Part shown: piece after piece, positions 34,859-44,118 of the stretch
Layout of the letters: each line of letters opens with the position of its first letter
Position numbering within the stretch: position 1 is the first letter of the stretch
NCBI GenBank assembly: GCA_963702845.1
Contig: OY969763.1
Location: forward strand, 1,792,001-1,856,000
Direction of reading: 5' to 3'
DNA length: 64,000 nt
Source: an uncultured Verrucomicrobiae bacterium
GTDB lineage: Bacteria; Verrucomicrobiota; Verrucomicrobiia; Limisphaerales; Palsa-1400
The notes under the pieces: model-generated
Told to the model about the DNA's origin: nothing
Databases searched by the model: none
Seen by the model: the letters and a program-made list of their open reading frames with translations, nothing else
Made by a program: the position numbers and the translations under genes

Positions 34859-34940
34859 GGCTAACGATTAATATACGACAATTGTTCGCATATTTTTTAA
34901 TATGCGAACAGCGGGTTGTATATCAACCAACCCGCTGTTC
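34859..34940 (-). promoter_or_regulatory. Putative attI-like tyrosine-recombinase site with XerC/dif-like boxes
   Basis: TGTTCGCATAT-N6-ATATGCGAACA (34883-34910); on the minus strand TTGTCGTATAT-TAATCG-TTAGCC; overlapping 13-bp IR GAACAGCGGGTTG/CAACCCGCTGTTC (34906-34940). Confidence 0.6.
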
Positions 34941-35120
34941 ATCAAGATTCCTCACGTTTTTTTGACAGTGGAAAGGGCGGGGGCTAGTGAAAAGGCTAAA
35001 GGCTAAAGAGGAACCCCGACGCGAAGGCGTTTGGGTTGGTCATGGAAAGGGTTTCGGTGAATGCGGCGAACTCCATCGCCAGCTCGATTGCTGGTGGTGA
35101 GGTTGGTGGAACCCACTTCG

Positions 35121-35642
35121 TTATATGTTGCTTTCGGATCTCGGTGGAGTGCTCAAGGCTCGTAATGCGGAAAGCCATCCTGCCGAATACAAAACGACTC
35201 GCACCCAATTTAAGCCGACCCACCACTTGGTTAAGTTCGTTACCTGGTCGGCACTCATCGCCATGACGTCTTTGCTAGTCAGTCGGATGATGTTTGGCAC
35301 AAACCACGCGAAGGTGGACACGACAACGACCAGAGCCAGAATGGTTCCTGCCATTCGCCATTTGCGATGTTGGGGGCGAGTCCGCAAACCCGAGAGCAAT
35401 GTCGCCAGCGCCAACAGGCCGACCAGCGGAGTGTTGAACATCCAGAACCTGCCGCCGGCGTTCAGGGTAAACTGCGGATTTGCGACGTTGTGCTGATAAT
35501 AAGCCGTGACCGACTCGGGTGGCGCACTGGTCCACAACGGCAATACAACCAATGTTTCATACAATCCTGCGCCGATCTCGATTCCCAGCGCGATCACAAG
35601 AAGCCACAGAAAAAGTTGTGCGAATGAAAATTGTCTTCTCAT
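35121..35642 (-). CDS. DUF1772 (anthrone oxygenase-like) membrane protein
   Basis: GAGLYETLVVLPLWTSAPPES, TFAWFVPNI, WVGLNWVR; 4 TM helices. Confidence 0.8.
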   Translation of the reverse strand: MRRQFSFAQLFLWLLVIALGIEIGAGLYETLVVLPLWTSAPPESVTAYYQHNVANPQFTLNAGGRFWMFNTPLVGLLALATLLSGLRTRPQHRKWRMAGTILALVVVVSTFAWFVPNIIRLTSKDVMAMSADQVTNLTKWWVGLNWVRVVLYSAGWLSALRALSTPPRSESNI

Positions 35643-35788
35643 CTTTTCAGGTTTGCCCGCCACGTTAGGCCTTGCCCATGACCGGTCAAGCGCAATAGCC
35701 ATAGGCGTAGATCACCTGAGGCCACGAACGGCATACGGCTGATTGTAGAGTTCGGGGTCTTCGAGTTGGGTTACTTGAAGGAGGGAAT

Positions 35789-36190
35789 ATGACCTACGAG
35801 CATTTCATCGGTCAGGTGCAACACCGGGCCAAACTCCCATCGGAAGGAGACGCGCTGCGCGCAGTTGAAGCGACGCTTCAAACGCTCGCCGAACGACTGG
35901 AGGAACACGAAGCCAAACATCTGGCGTCACAATTGCCGATGGCGTTGCGGCCATTTGTTGAAGGCGGAGAACACCGCATTCGGCGTTCGCTGAATGAGTT
36001 TCTCCAGTGCATCAGCGAGCGCGAAAAGGTAGGCCTGCCGACATCCACGTATCATGCGCGCGTCATCATGGAAGTCTTGCAGGAAGCCGTGTCTCCCGGA
36101 GAAATCGAAGACGTTCTAGCCAATCTGCCGGCAGATTGGGCGCCGCTTTTTGGTGGCAGCCGCGGGCGCATGAGATCCGCCGTCGTATAG
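35789..36190 (+). CDS. DUF2267 family protein
   Basis: MTYEHFIGQVQHRA...ATLQTLAERL...LASQLP...AVSPGEIEDVLANLP; GGAGG RBS. Confidence 0.9.
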   Translation: MTYEHFIGQVQHRAKLPSEGDALRAVEATLQTLAERLEEHEAKHLASQLPMALRPFVEGGEHRIRRSLNEFLQCISEREKVGLPTSTYHARVIMEVLQEAVSPGEIEDVLANLPADWAPLFGGSRGRMRSAVV

Positions 36191-36244
36191 TGGCGAGCGA
36201 TCGCTTCGCGCCTAGCCTCGCGTCATCGGCGGCTATCAGCATTT

Positions 36245-37351
36245 ATGCTGCGCTTATTCCTCTGCGGCGATGTCATGACTGGCCGCGGTCTGGACCAGGT
36301 GCTGCCGTTTCCTGCTGACCCGCAGCTCTATGAATCGCACGTGAAAGACGCGCGCGATTATGTCGCACTTGCTGAACAGGCACATGGCCCCATCGTTCGT
36401 CCCGTCAGCTTCCGCTACATTTGGGGCGGCACCATCGCCGAACTCGACCGGGCCAACGCCGACGTTCGCATCATCAACCTGGAGACCAGCATTACCACGA
36501 GCGCACAACCGTGGCCGAAAAAGCCGATCCAATTCAAAATGAATCCCAGGAACATCGGTTGTCTAACTGCCGCGCGAATCAGCGCGTGTGCCCTGGCAAA
36601 CAATCATGTCCTCGATTGGAATTACACCGGCTTGATCGAAACGCTTGAAACACTCGACCGCGCCGGCATCGCTCACACCGGCGACGATTGCGTTCGGCGA
36701 GACTCGAATCCTGCTTTTTTCTATCGGTTAAACAACCAGCGGGATCCCGCCAGACTGGGCCGCAACCGACAACAAACCCGGTGTATTCCTCGTCGATGAC
36801 CTTTCAAGTTCAACCGCCGAAACCATCGCCGCCGACATGCGCGTTTATCAAAAGCCCGGCGATATCGTCATCGCTTCGGTTCATTGGGGTAACAATTGGG
36901 GCTACGACCTTCACCGGAACAAATCACTTTCGCGCACACCTTGATCGACGAAGGCGTCGCGCTCGTGCACGGCCATTCATCGCACCACATCAAAACTCTC
37001 GAAGTTTATGACGACCATCTGATTCTTTACGGCTGCGGCGATCTGATTACGGACTACGAAGGCATCGCAGGCTACGAAGTGTTCCGTGGCGACCTCGCGT
37101 TCTTATATTTGCCGGAACTCGCGCGCGATGGCCGCCTGCGATCGCTGCGACTGGTCCCGGTGCAAACACGCCGCTTTCAATTACATCGAGCTTCAACCGA
37201 AGACTCAAAATCTCTCTGCGCGTTGATGAATGATTTGTGCGTCGGGGTCGCGCCCGGGTTCCAGTTCGCAGATGACAATAGCCTCGTGTTCAGTCCAGAT
37301 TCCGCGCACCCGCTCTTCCGGGCTGCTGACGGTCACGATCATGGCCGGTAG
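36245..37351 (+). pseudogene. CapA/PgsA-family metallophosphatase (poly-gamma-glutamate biosynthesis-like), disrupted
   Basis: LFLCGDVMTGRG, IINLET, LANNHVLDW, SVHWGNNWG, HGHSSHH, LYGCGDLITDYEGI; frameshifts/deletion near 36685 and 36915. Confidence 0.8.
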
Positions 37352-37428
37352 GGATTTCGACAATTGAATGAAAAGCACTTCTGCTCTACCGCGGCAGAGT
37401 AGTCCGCCAGCAGTCATTCCATTTATCA

Positions 37429-37776
37429 TTATGTTTGCTGCTTCAGGAATTCGTCGAGAGCGCGTTCGAGGGCATCTTGGTCCAAGTCCCGTCGGTTTTC
37501 CACGAACAGGGTGAGGCACTGGCCATCGTCCCGGAGAGCAAGAAGGATGCGCGCGTGTTCGAATATCCAGCAGAGGCGCAATGGTACGATTTGGTGCTGC
37601 GCCAGGTTTTGAGCAGCAATCGACAATCGTTTGACAGTCTGCTCCACCTGAGTCGTGGTGAACCAATTGTTGTAACACTGGCTGGCGAAGGTGCGGTCGG
37701 GAAGCTGCGCGCCCCAGGCCGCCAGTCCCGCCTTCGGGACGTTGGCTTCAATGAAATTGCCGAGGGTGTCGCTCAT
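37429..37776 (-). CDS. Hypothetical protein (possible roadblock/LC7-like fold)
   Basis: 115 aa; 4-bp overlap with the upstream gene; alpha-beta-beta-alpha-beta-beta-beta-alpha pattern by eye. Confidence 0.65.
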   Translation of the reverse strand: MSDTLGNFIEANVPKAGLAAWGAQLPDRTFASQCYNNWFTTTQVEQTVKRLSIAAQNLAQHQIVPLRLCWIFEHARILLALRDDGQCLTLFVENRRDLDQDALERALDEFLKQQT

Positions 37777-39044
37777 AGGCTCTGTTTTTTGCCGCGGGTG
37801 CTGCGGACGAATATCCGGCGCTGCGGTTGTACCTGGCAGACGACCCGTCCTCGAGGGGTAATGATCTCGAGACGGTCGAACACCCCGACTTTAACGGCCT
37901 CACTCACCTCCCTGGCCTGCTGCTCGATCTGTTCCATCAGTTTTAGGCGTCCATCGACCCTTTTGCAGCCCCACTCATAGAGGACATTGCCTGCGTTGGA
38001 ACCGAGCAGGATCTCCTCAATTTGCGGCCCGGTGTCAATTTGAATGGGTGCCGCGGGGGCAGGTTCGGCCGGCGGTTTGGCGGGCTGAAACTGTGGCTTG
38101 GTTGCGGCCACGGGCGGCGCTGCCGGTGGCGGTTTGGCGGTTTGGGACTGCGCAATCTGAGATGCGATTTCAGGCGCAATTTGAGGTGCGACCTCACGTG
38201 CGACTTTGGAAAAAAATTCGGGGGCAACTTCGGGTGCAACTTTGGATACGACCTCAGGTGGCGCTTCAGATGCAATTTCAGAAGCAACATCAGATGCCAC
38301 TTCGGGGTTTTCCGATTCCAAAGATGTCGTCTGGCCTTCGTCGAGGAGCTGGGCTGCCGCCATCAACAAACCCTCCCACTGTCCTTCGATCGTGCGGCAG
38401 GGTGGTTCGGTGTATTCGGAAAAATTAAATTCACCCCCGCGCAATCCGAGCAGTCCAAAGAGTGCAGTCTCGCCCTGGATCGCTCCCGACTCGGCATGAA
38501 TGATGGCACCTTCACGGATGAAGATTCGTCCCCGCACGCGGCCGGTAAATATCTCGAGGACAGAAGACTTGAGGCCGAGGCACTCCATCTGAATTACGTC
38601 CGAAATCCCCAAGCGCCGCATGACGCCGGAGAATCCCTCGTGATGCGCGGCGCCTGCCAGGGCGTCCAACGCCGAGAACGCCATTTCAAAGCCCTCATGC
38701 GCGACCGGCTTTTGAAGAACCATGGCGGCGCCGCTTTCCTCGCAGGCTTTGCGGTCTGCCCCATTGGCGTGGCCACTAAGGACAACGGCTTGTTGTCCGG
38801 GGTGGGTGCGGGCCAGCAACTTCAGAAACTGGAGGCCATCCACAACCGGCATTTTGAAGTCAAGCACGACGAGATCAACTTGGCCCCTGCGCAAGATCTC
38901 CAGCGCCTGGGCATGATTGTTCGCTGTGGAAATGTCCCAGGAACCTTTCGACATTTGCAAAAACAACGTCTGGATGACGGCCAGGAATTTGGGATCATCA
39001 TCTACGAAGAGAAGTTTTTTTCGTTTGTTTGATTCGCTTGGCAT
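37773..39044 (-). CDS. Response regulator with DUF4388 (PatA-N) domain, low-complexity linker and C-terminal domain
   Basis: LLFVDDD, LDFKMPVVDG, LQKP receiver; GFSG...SDVIQM...GRIFIREGAIIHAE...GGEFNF DUF4388 pattern. Confidence 0.85.
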   Translation of the reverse strand: MPSESNKRKKLLFVDDDPKFLAVIQTLFLQMSKGSWDISTANNHAQALEILRRGQVDLVVLDFKMPVVDGLQFLKLLARTHPGQQAVVLSGHANGADRKACEESGAAMVLQKPVAHEGFEMAFSALDALAGAAHHEGFSGVMRRLGISDVIQMECLGLKSSVLEIFTGRVRGRIFIREGAIIHAESGAIQGETALFGLLGLRGGEFNFSEYTEPPCRTIEGQWEGLLMAAAQLLDEGQTTSLESENPEVASDVASEIASEAPPEVVSKVAPEVAPEFFSKVAREVAPQIAPEIASQIAQSQTAKPPPAAPPVAATKPQFQPAKPPAEPAPAAPIQIDTGPQIEEILLGSNAGNVLYEWGCKRVDGRLKLMEQIEQQAREVSEAVKVGVFDRLEIITPRGRVVCQVQPQRRIFVRSTRGKKQSL

Positions 39045-39185
39045 CGGTTGCAGTTTGCAGACTGAGAACACTCTGGCAATGCGCTCAGCATTTGTCGATT
39101 TCAAAGGGCCGGGCCAGCGGCAAAAAATTCGTTTGGCGAAGCGCGCTGTTGACCGGAATGCGCCATCGCCGATCGATTGACGTTG

Positions 39186-40571
39186 TTATCTACCGCGTGA
39201 TGCGAATTGTGTCAGCGCTTTTTCGACCGTCGAGCGAACTCCGGGGTCTGGATCCGACAACGCTTGCATTAGAGCAGGGTATGGGGTCCGGCTGCCGCCC
39301 AGCAGACCCAGGGCATGCGCGGCCGCCTGACGAAAGTCCGGGTCCGGATCGGCAAGCATGGATAAGAACTGGTTAATTGTCAGTTTATAGCCCATTTCCG
39401 GGGGAAGAGCGACCTGTGGTAGCGATAGATCGCCTCTGAAACTTCTTGCTTTCATCACGCCCAAACCCACGAGCAGATCCATCACGAAATAGCGGACATC
39501 CTCCTCTTCCGTATCAAGATTGGCTTTGAGTTTCTCGAAGGAGTCCTCAGCTGCGGGCGAGGAACTCCACTCGTCGTCGATGCGAGACAGACTCCCGGCT
39601 GCGAAACGGCGCACGCTGCTGTTTTTGTCTCTCAGAACAAGAACGAGCGGCCCGATTGCGCGGCGATCGCCTATTTGACCCAGCGCTATGACGACGGCCT
39701 CACGCACGTCGGCATCGGAGTCCGGCAGTGCTTCTATCAAAGCCTTGGCGGATTCTTGGTCCTTCAATCGGCCCAGCGATTCTGCTGCCTGGCGGCGGAC
39801 TTCCCAGACCTTGTCTTGCAGGCAATCCCTGATTTGCTCCAAGGCATCTTTCGCGCGCAAGGTGTATAACGCCTCGATGGCGGCAATACGCACATTGGTG
39901 TCGGAATGGCGAAGCTGCGGGGCGATCTGGCGGATAATCTCCTCCCCTCCCACCGAGGCCAGCGCGCTCAGGGCGGCTACGCACGCGGTGCTGTCGTCGG
40001 ATTTCAAGGCCTTTTTCACCAGGTTCAGGGCGCGCGGGCTATCGATTTTGACGAGAGCTTTTATCGCGCCGGCACGAATGCCGGAAGGACCGGAATTGAT
40101 GACGGATTCCAGCGGCGCGATGGCCTTGTCCCCAAAGGAGGCGGCACGACTAAGGTGGCCCCTGGCTATGTTTTGCCAGATTTCATCTTCCTTATTGGCG
40201 GGACGCCAACTGAACCGATCAAGCGTCTGGACAGCGCCGCCCCGAACGCCCGCATCCGAATGCCGCAGCAAAGGCACAATCGGCGCGATGATTTTCGAAT
40301 TGGAACAACGTTTCAGAGAGGAAATCGCGGACTTTATCACCTCCGCATCGGAATCCTGCAAGGCGCTCAGAAGCGTATCGAAAATCCGATCATCGTCGAG
40401 CCTTCCCAGCGCGGTCGCGGCGAATTGGCGGACGAGGGCATCGGAATCACGGAGAGCGTCTTTCAGCGGTTCGAAGGCTTTGGGGTCGCGTGAGCGGCAG
40501 AGTTGCTCGGCCGCCTCGCGACGGCTCTTGACATTAACGGACTTGAGCTGACGTCGAATTAACCAAAGCAT
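39186..40571 (-). CDS. HEAT/PBS-lyase repeat protein
   Basis: Repeated L.D.D..VR..AA.ALG.L units. Confidence 0.9.
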   Translation of the reverse strand: MLWLIRRQLKSVNVKSRREAAEQLCRSRDPKAFEPLKDALRDSDALVRQFAATALGRLDDDRIFDTLLSALQDSDAEVIKSAISSLKRCSNSKIIAPIVPLLRHSDAGVRGGAVQTLDRFSWRPANKEDEIWQNIARGHLSRAASFGDKAIAPLESVINSGPSGIRAGAIKALVKIDSPRALNLVKKALKSDDSTACVAALSALASVGGEEIIRQIAPQLRHSDTNVRIAAIEALYTLRAKDALEQIRDCLQDKVWEVRRQAAESLGRLKDQESAKALIEALPDSDADVREAVVIALGQIGDRRAIGPLVLVLRDKNSSVRRFAAGSLSRIDDEWSSSPAAEDSFEKLKANLDTEEEDVRYFVMDLLVGLGVMKARSFRGDLSLPQVALPPEMGYKLTINQFLSMLADPDPDFRQAAAHALGLLGGSRTPYPALMQALSDPDPGVRSTVEKALTQFASRGR

Positions 40572-40837
40572 AAGAACACACTATATCCCTACTCAACAAA
40601 GCCGGTTCACTTCAAGGAGAACCTGCGATGAACGGTCAGGATTATTCGATTGTCGATGGTGATTTACTTTGTGGACTAGTCAAGTGGACCGCTTGCGGGC
40701 GCTAGCGAATGCTGTATGATAGAGGTGTCACGGTGCAGCAGGGGGGAACACAAAGAGCAACTGAGCAAAACCCTGACAAACAAATACTGTCGCCATCCGA
40801 TTGACCTCGTAGGGAATCACCTTATAGGCTCTGCAGC

Positions 40838-42829
40838 TTGCACACCCAAGAGTTAATGCCGCCGTGCTGCTTTGATGAAACGCTCGAAGTGCCATGTCTT
40901 CCAACCGCGCTATTACAGACTCAACAAAAACTTTCGCAGACGGCCCAAAAACTTAAGCTGGCTATCGACGCCGCTGAGATGGGGACTTTCGAATGGAATC
41001 TTAATAACGACCACGTTGAATGGAATCCTTACCACTATCGGCTTTACGGTTACGAACCAGACGAACACCCGGTCAATTACAAATTCTGGCATAAACATGT
41101 TCTGGCGGAGGATGTGGACGGGGAATTGAAAGCATACGAAACAGCCAAAGCCAATAAGACACCATGGTCGAACGAATATCGTATCCGCCGAAAAGATGGT
41201 CAGATCCGATGGCTCTCGGTCCGCGGGCAATTTGTCTACAATGAAAACGGCGCGCCCGGTCGTGGTTATGGCGTTGTTTTCGACGTCACTGAAAAAAAAG
41301 AACAGGAAGAATCTTTGCGTCGTAGTGAATCCATTGCCCTTTCTCGCCTGGCTGAAATACAAACCCTATATTCTGCCTCGCCGGTCGGACTGGGGTTCGT
41401 CGACCGTTCGATGCGTTATGTCCGTGTCAACGACACGCTAGCGCGCGTCAACGGTGTCTCAACAAGCGAGCATGTCGGTCGAACGGTTGAGCAAGTCGTC
41501 GGCGCCGAAATTTGGAAAAGTATCAAACCGATCTACGACCGCGCCGTCAACGGCGAAACTATCCTGAACATGGCTGTTGAAGGCGCGCTCACTGCCGACC
41601 CGGAGCATTGGCGGCATTGGCTGGTGAGCTATTGTCCGGTTTGCACTGCTAACGGTCTGACGCTTGGCGTCGCTCTCGCCATTCAAGAAGTGACCGAACT
41701 GCGGAAAGCCCAGGAGGAATTGCGCCTGAGCGAAGCCCGGCTCAGGGCAGCTAAGACAGCAGCACGACTCGGCGTTTACGAGTGCGATCTTATCGCTAAT
41801 ACCACTCGATGGGACGAGAGAATGTGCGAGTTGTGGGGATTCGATCCCGATTTTGAAGTGACACCTGAAAAGGCGTTTGAATGCATTCATCCCGATGATG
41901 TCCAATTCGTCCGAAATGCGATGGAACGGGCGTTCGACCAGCCTGTCACAAAAAACTTTTCCGCCGAATATCGCGTGATAAGCGCGAAAGACAAGAAGGT
42001 GCGATGGATTTCTGCGAACGCCTTGCCCCTGTCAAAGGAAGGTAAGCGCCTTGTCGGTACCGTCCAGGATATCACCGAACGTAAAATGTTCGAAGCCGAG
42101 CTGGAACGTTCGGTTGCGGAACGCACGGCTTCGTTGCGTGAGGCCATGGCGCAGATGGAAGAGTTTTCGTATACGGTCTCTCACGATCTTCGCGCTCCGT
42201 TGCGCGCACTGAGAGTTTATGCAGACGTTCTTCTTGAGAATTTTGCCAAGGATTTGCCAGAGGAAGCGCGCGAATGTTTAAGCCGTATCGAAGTGAACGC
42301 CAATTCGCTCGATAAAATGGTGGTGGATGTCTTGACGTTCACGAAAGTTGCGCGAACAGAGATGAGAATGGAACGCATCGCCATGGACCAGTTGGTGCGC
42401 AAGATCGTCGAACAACATTTGGCGATGGCACATTCCAAGGTGACGATTCACGTCGAACCGTTGCCAGACGTTCTTGGACACGAGCCCTCACTGACGCAGG
42501 CGTTCTCGAATCTGTTGAGCAACGCGGTGAAATTCGTTGCGCCGGGCGTGGCTCCTTTTGTGCGCGTCTGGAGCGAACGCCATGGAGACAAGATTCGTTT
42601 TTGGGTCTGCGACAACGGCGTTGGCATCGCGCCAAAGTACCATCACCGTCTTTTCAGCATGTTCGAGCGGATTCATCCGGATTTGATCTACGAAGGAACG
42701 GGCGTAGGACTGGCCATCGTACGGAAAGCCGCTGAACGGATGGGGGGCAGAGTGGGTGTCGAATCCGACGGGACGCACGGCAGCAGATTTTGGATAGAAC
42801 TCCAAGCTCCGATTCCCGATGAAAACTGA
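40838..42829 (+). CDS. Multi-PAS sensor histidine kinase
   Basis: 3 PAS/PAC; FSYTVSHDLRAPLR; NLLSNAVKF; DNGVGI; GTGVGLAIV. Start uncertain. Confidence 0.92.
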   Translation: MHTQELMPPCCFDETLEVPCLPTALLQTQQKLSQTAQKLKLAIDAAEMGTFEWNLNNDHVEWNPYHYRLYGYEPDEHPVNYKFWHKHVLAEDVDGELKAYETAKANKTPWSNEYRIRRKDGQIRWLSVRGQFVYNENGAPGRGYGVVFDVTEKKEQEESLRRSESIALSRLAEIQTLYSASPVGLGFVDRSMRYVRVNDTLARVNGVSTSEHVGRTVEQVVGAEIWKSIKPIYDRAVNGETILNMAVEGALTADPEHWRHWLVSYCPVCTANGLTLGVALAIQEVTELRKAQEELRLSEARLRAAKTAARLGVYECDLIANTTRWDERMCELWGFDPDFEVTPEKAFECIHPDDVQFVRNAMERAFDQPVTKNFSAEYRVISAKDKKVRWISANALPLSKEGKRLVGTVQDITERKMFEAELERSVAERTASLREAMAQMEEFSYTVSHDLRAPLRALRVYADVLLENFAKDLPEEARECLSRIEVNANSLDKMVVDVLTFTKVARTEMRMERIAMDQLVRKIVEQHLAMAHSKVTIHVEPLPDVLGHEPSLTQAFSNLLSNAVKFVAPGVAPFVRVWSERHGDKIRFWVCDNGVGIAPKYHHRLFSMFERIHPDLIYEGTGVGLAIVRKAAERMGGRVGVESDGTHGSRFWIELQAPIPDEN

Positions 42830-43289
42830 ATTGAGCAACACAATATTGCTGGTCGAGGATAGCCGGGACGATGCTTACGCTTTTCGCTACGCTCTCAAGC
42901 GCAGCCGCATCATGAATCCGCTGCAAGTCCTCACCGATGGTCAGCAGGCTATCGACTATTTGTCAGGCGTGGGCCACTATGCTGATCGGAACGTCTACCC
43001 GCTTCCGTTCGTCATTTTTCTCGATTTAAAGTTGCCCTACGTTGACGGCTTTGACGCGCTTTCATGGATCCGCGCACAGCCTGAGCTCCGGTCGATCGCA
43101 GTCATCATGCTAAGCGGCTCAGCCGAAGATCGAGACCAGGATAGAGCACATGAACTCGGGGCTCGCCGCTACCTCGTGAAACCGCCAACGGCCGAAACGT
43201 TGCTTTCGGTTTTCGATTCACTCCTCAGCTTCCCGCACTCTAATCACTGGCTTCCGAAGAATACCGCTTCTCCCGCCGCTCGCGTTTAA
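42819..43289 (+). CDS. Single-domain response regulator (Rcp1-like)
   Basis: ILLVEDSRDD, FLDLKLP, YLVKP; overlaps the kinase. Confidence 0.92.
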   Translation: MKTELSNTILLVEDSRDDAYAFRYALKRSRIMNPLQVLTDGQQAIDYLSGVGHYADRNVYPLPFVIFLDLKLPYVDGFDALSWIRAQPELRSIAVIMLSGSAEDRDQDRAHELGARRYLVKPPTAETLLSVFDSLLSFPHSNHWLPKNTASPAARV

Positions 43290-43492
43290 CGCACCTTTCC
43301 GTTAAGACCATTCGGTAAAACACTTTATAGGCCAAAAGTGAAAACCGCATTAAATTCAGGGTGGTATCATTTTATTGCGGTATTGCGCGACGGTTGAAAA
43401 CGTTCCGGTGCTTGGTGTTTGGGATTTAGCTTTCCTCGTTACTTCCCTTGTTCTCTCGCCAATTCAACGTCATTCCGCTACCGTTCGAGCGG

Positions 43493-44113
43493 ATGAGTCT
43501 GGATACGGAAGCGCTTCTGATTGCCCGATGCCGACGCGGCGATGCCAAGGCATGGGACGAATTGTTTGATGCGCATTATGCTGCCACCGGTCGATTCGTG
43601 TTCCAACTCGCGCCCGATTTCACACACGAAGATGTTGAGGAAGTTTGCCAGGAGGTTTTTCTGGCGATCATTCACAATATCAAAACGTTCGAAGGCCACA
43701 GTCATTTGCAAACGTGGGTGTTCCGCATCGCCGCCAATAAAGCGCGCGATTATCGGCAACGTCAGCATGCCGCCAAACGCGGTGGCGGCATAGCGCCGCT
43801 GTCGTTGCAGGCGGAACATCCGGAAACAGGGCTGACGATTGACCCGCCCAGCACCGCGCTGGCTCCGGACGACTCGCTGATGACGGCGGAACGCGCAGGG
43901 CAGGTCGGCGACGCGCTTGAGGCTTTGGGCGGCCCGTGCCAGGAGATCATTGAGTTGCGTTATTTTGCCGATTTGAGCTATGAAGAAATTTCCACGGCAC
44001 TGAAACTGAATCCGAAAACGGTCAGCTCGCGCCTGAGTAAATGTTTGGATCGATTGGAAGAAGTGATGCGCGTTGTGATTTGTGGGAAGAAACCGAAGCC
44101 TTTTTCCGTCTAA
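43493..44113 (+). CDS. ECF sigma-70 factor
   Basis: GDAKAWDELF, EDVEEVCQEVF, TWVFRIAANKARD, LSYEEIS...KTVSSRL. Confidence 0.92.
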   Translation: MSLDTEALLIARCRRGDAKAWDELFDAHYAATGRFVFQLAPDFTHEDVEEVCQEVFLAIIHNIKTFEGHSHLQTWVFRIAANKARDYRQRQHAAKRGGGIAPLSLQAEHPETGLTIDPPSTALAPDDSLMTAERAGQVGDALEALGGPCQEIIELRYFADLSYEEISTALKLNPKTVSSRLSKCLDRLEEVMRVVICGKKPKPFSV

Positions 44114-44118
44114 CTATT

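Larger units (their letters stand above)
33839..34940 (-). mobile_element. Second integron-type cassette array without integrase (2 cassettes plus attI-like head)
   Basis: Two clean attC hairpins, two co-oriented ORFs, lead core GTTAGCC at 34865-34859. Confidence 0.85.

Noticed and set aside
34883..34910. The chromosomal dif site
   Set aside because: Both arms are XerC-like; there is no XerD-type TTATGTTAAAT arm.
35121..35670. DUF1772 gene as another cassette
   Set aside because: ATATAAC occurs at its stop, but I found no paired hairpin or GTTRRRY downstream, and the nearby GTTAGGC is in the wrong orientation.
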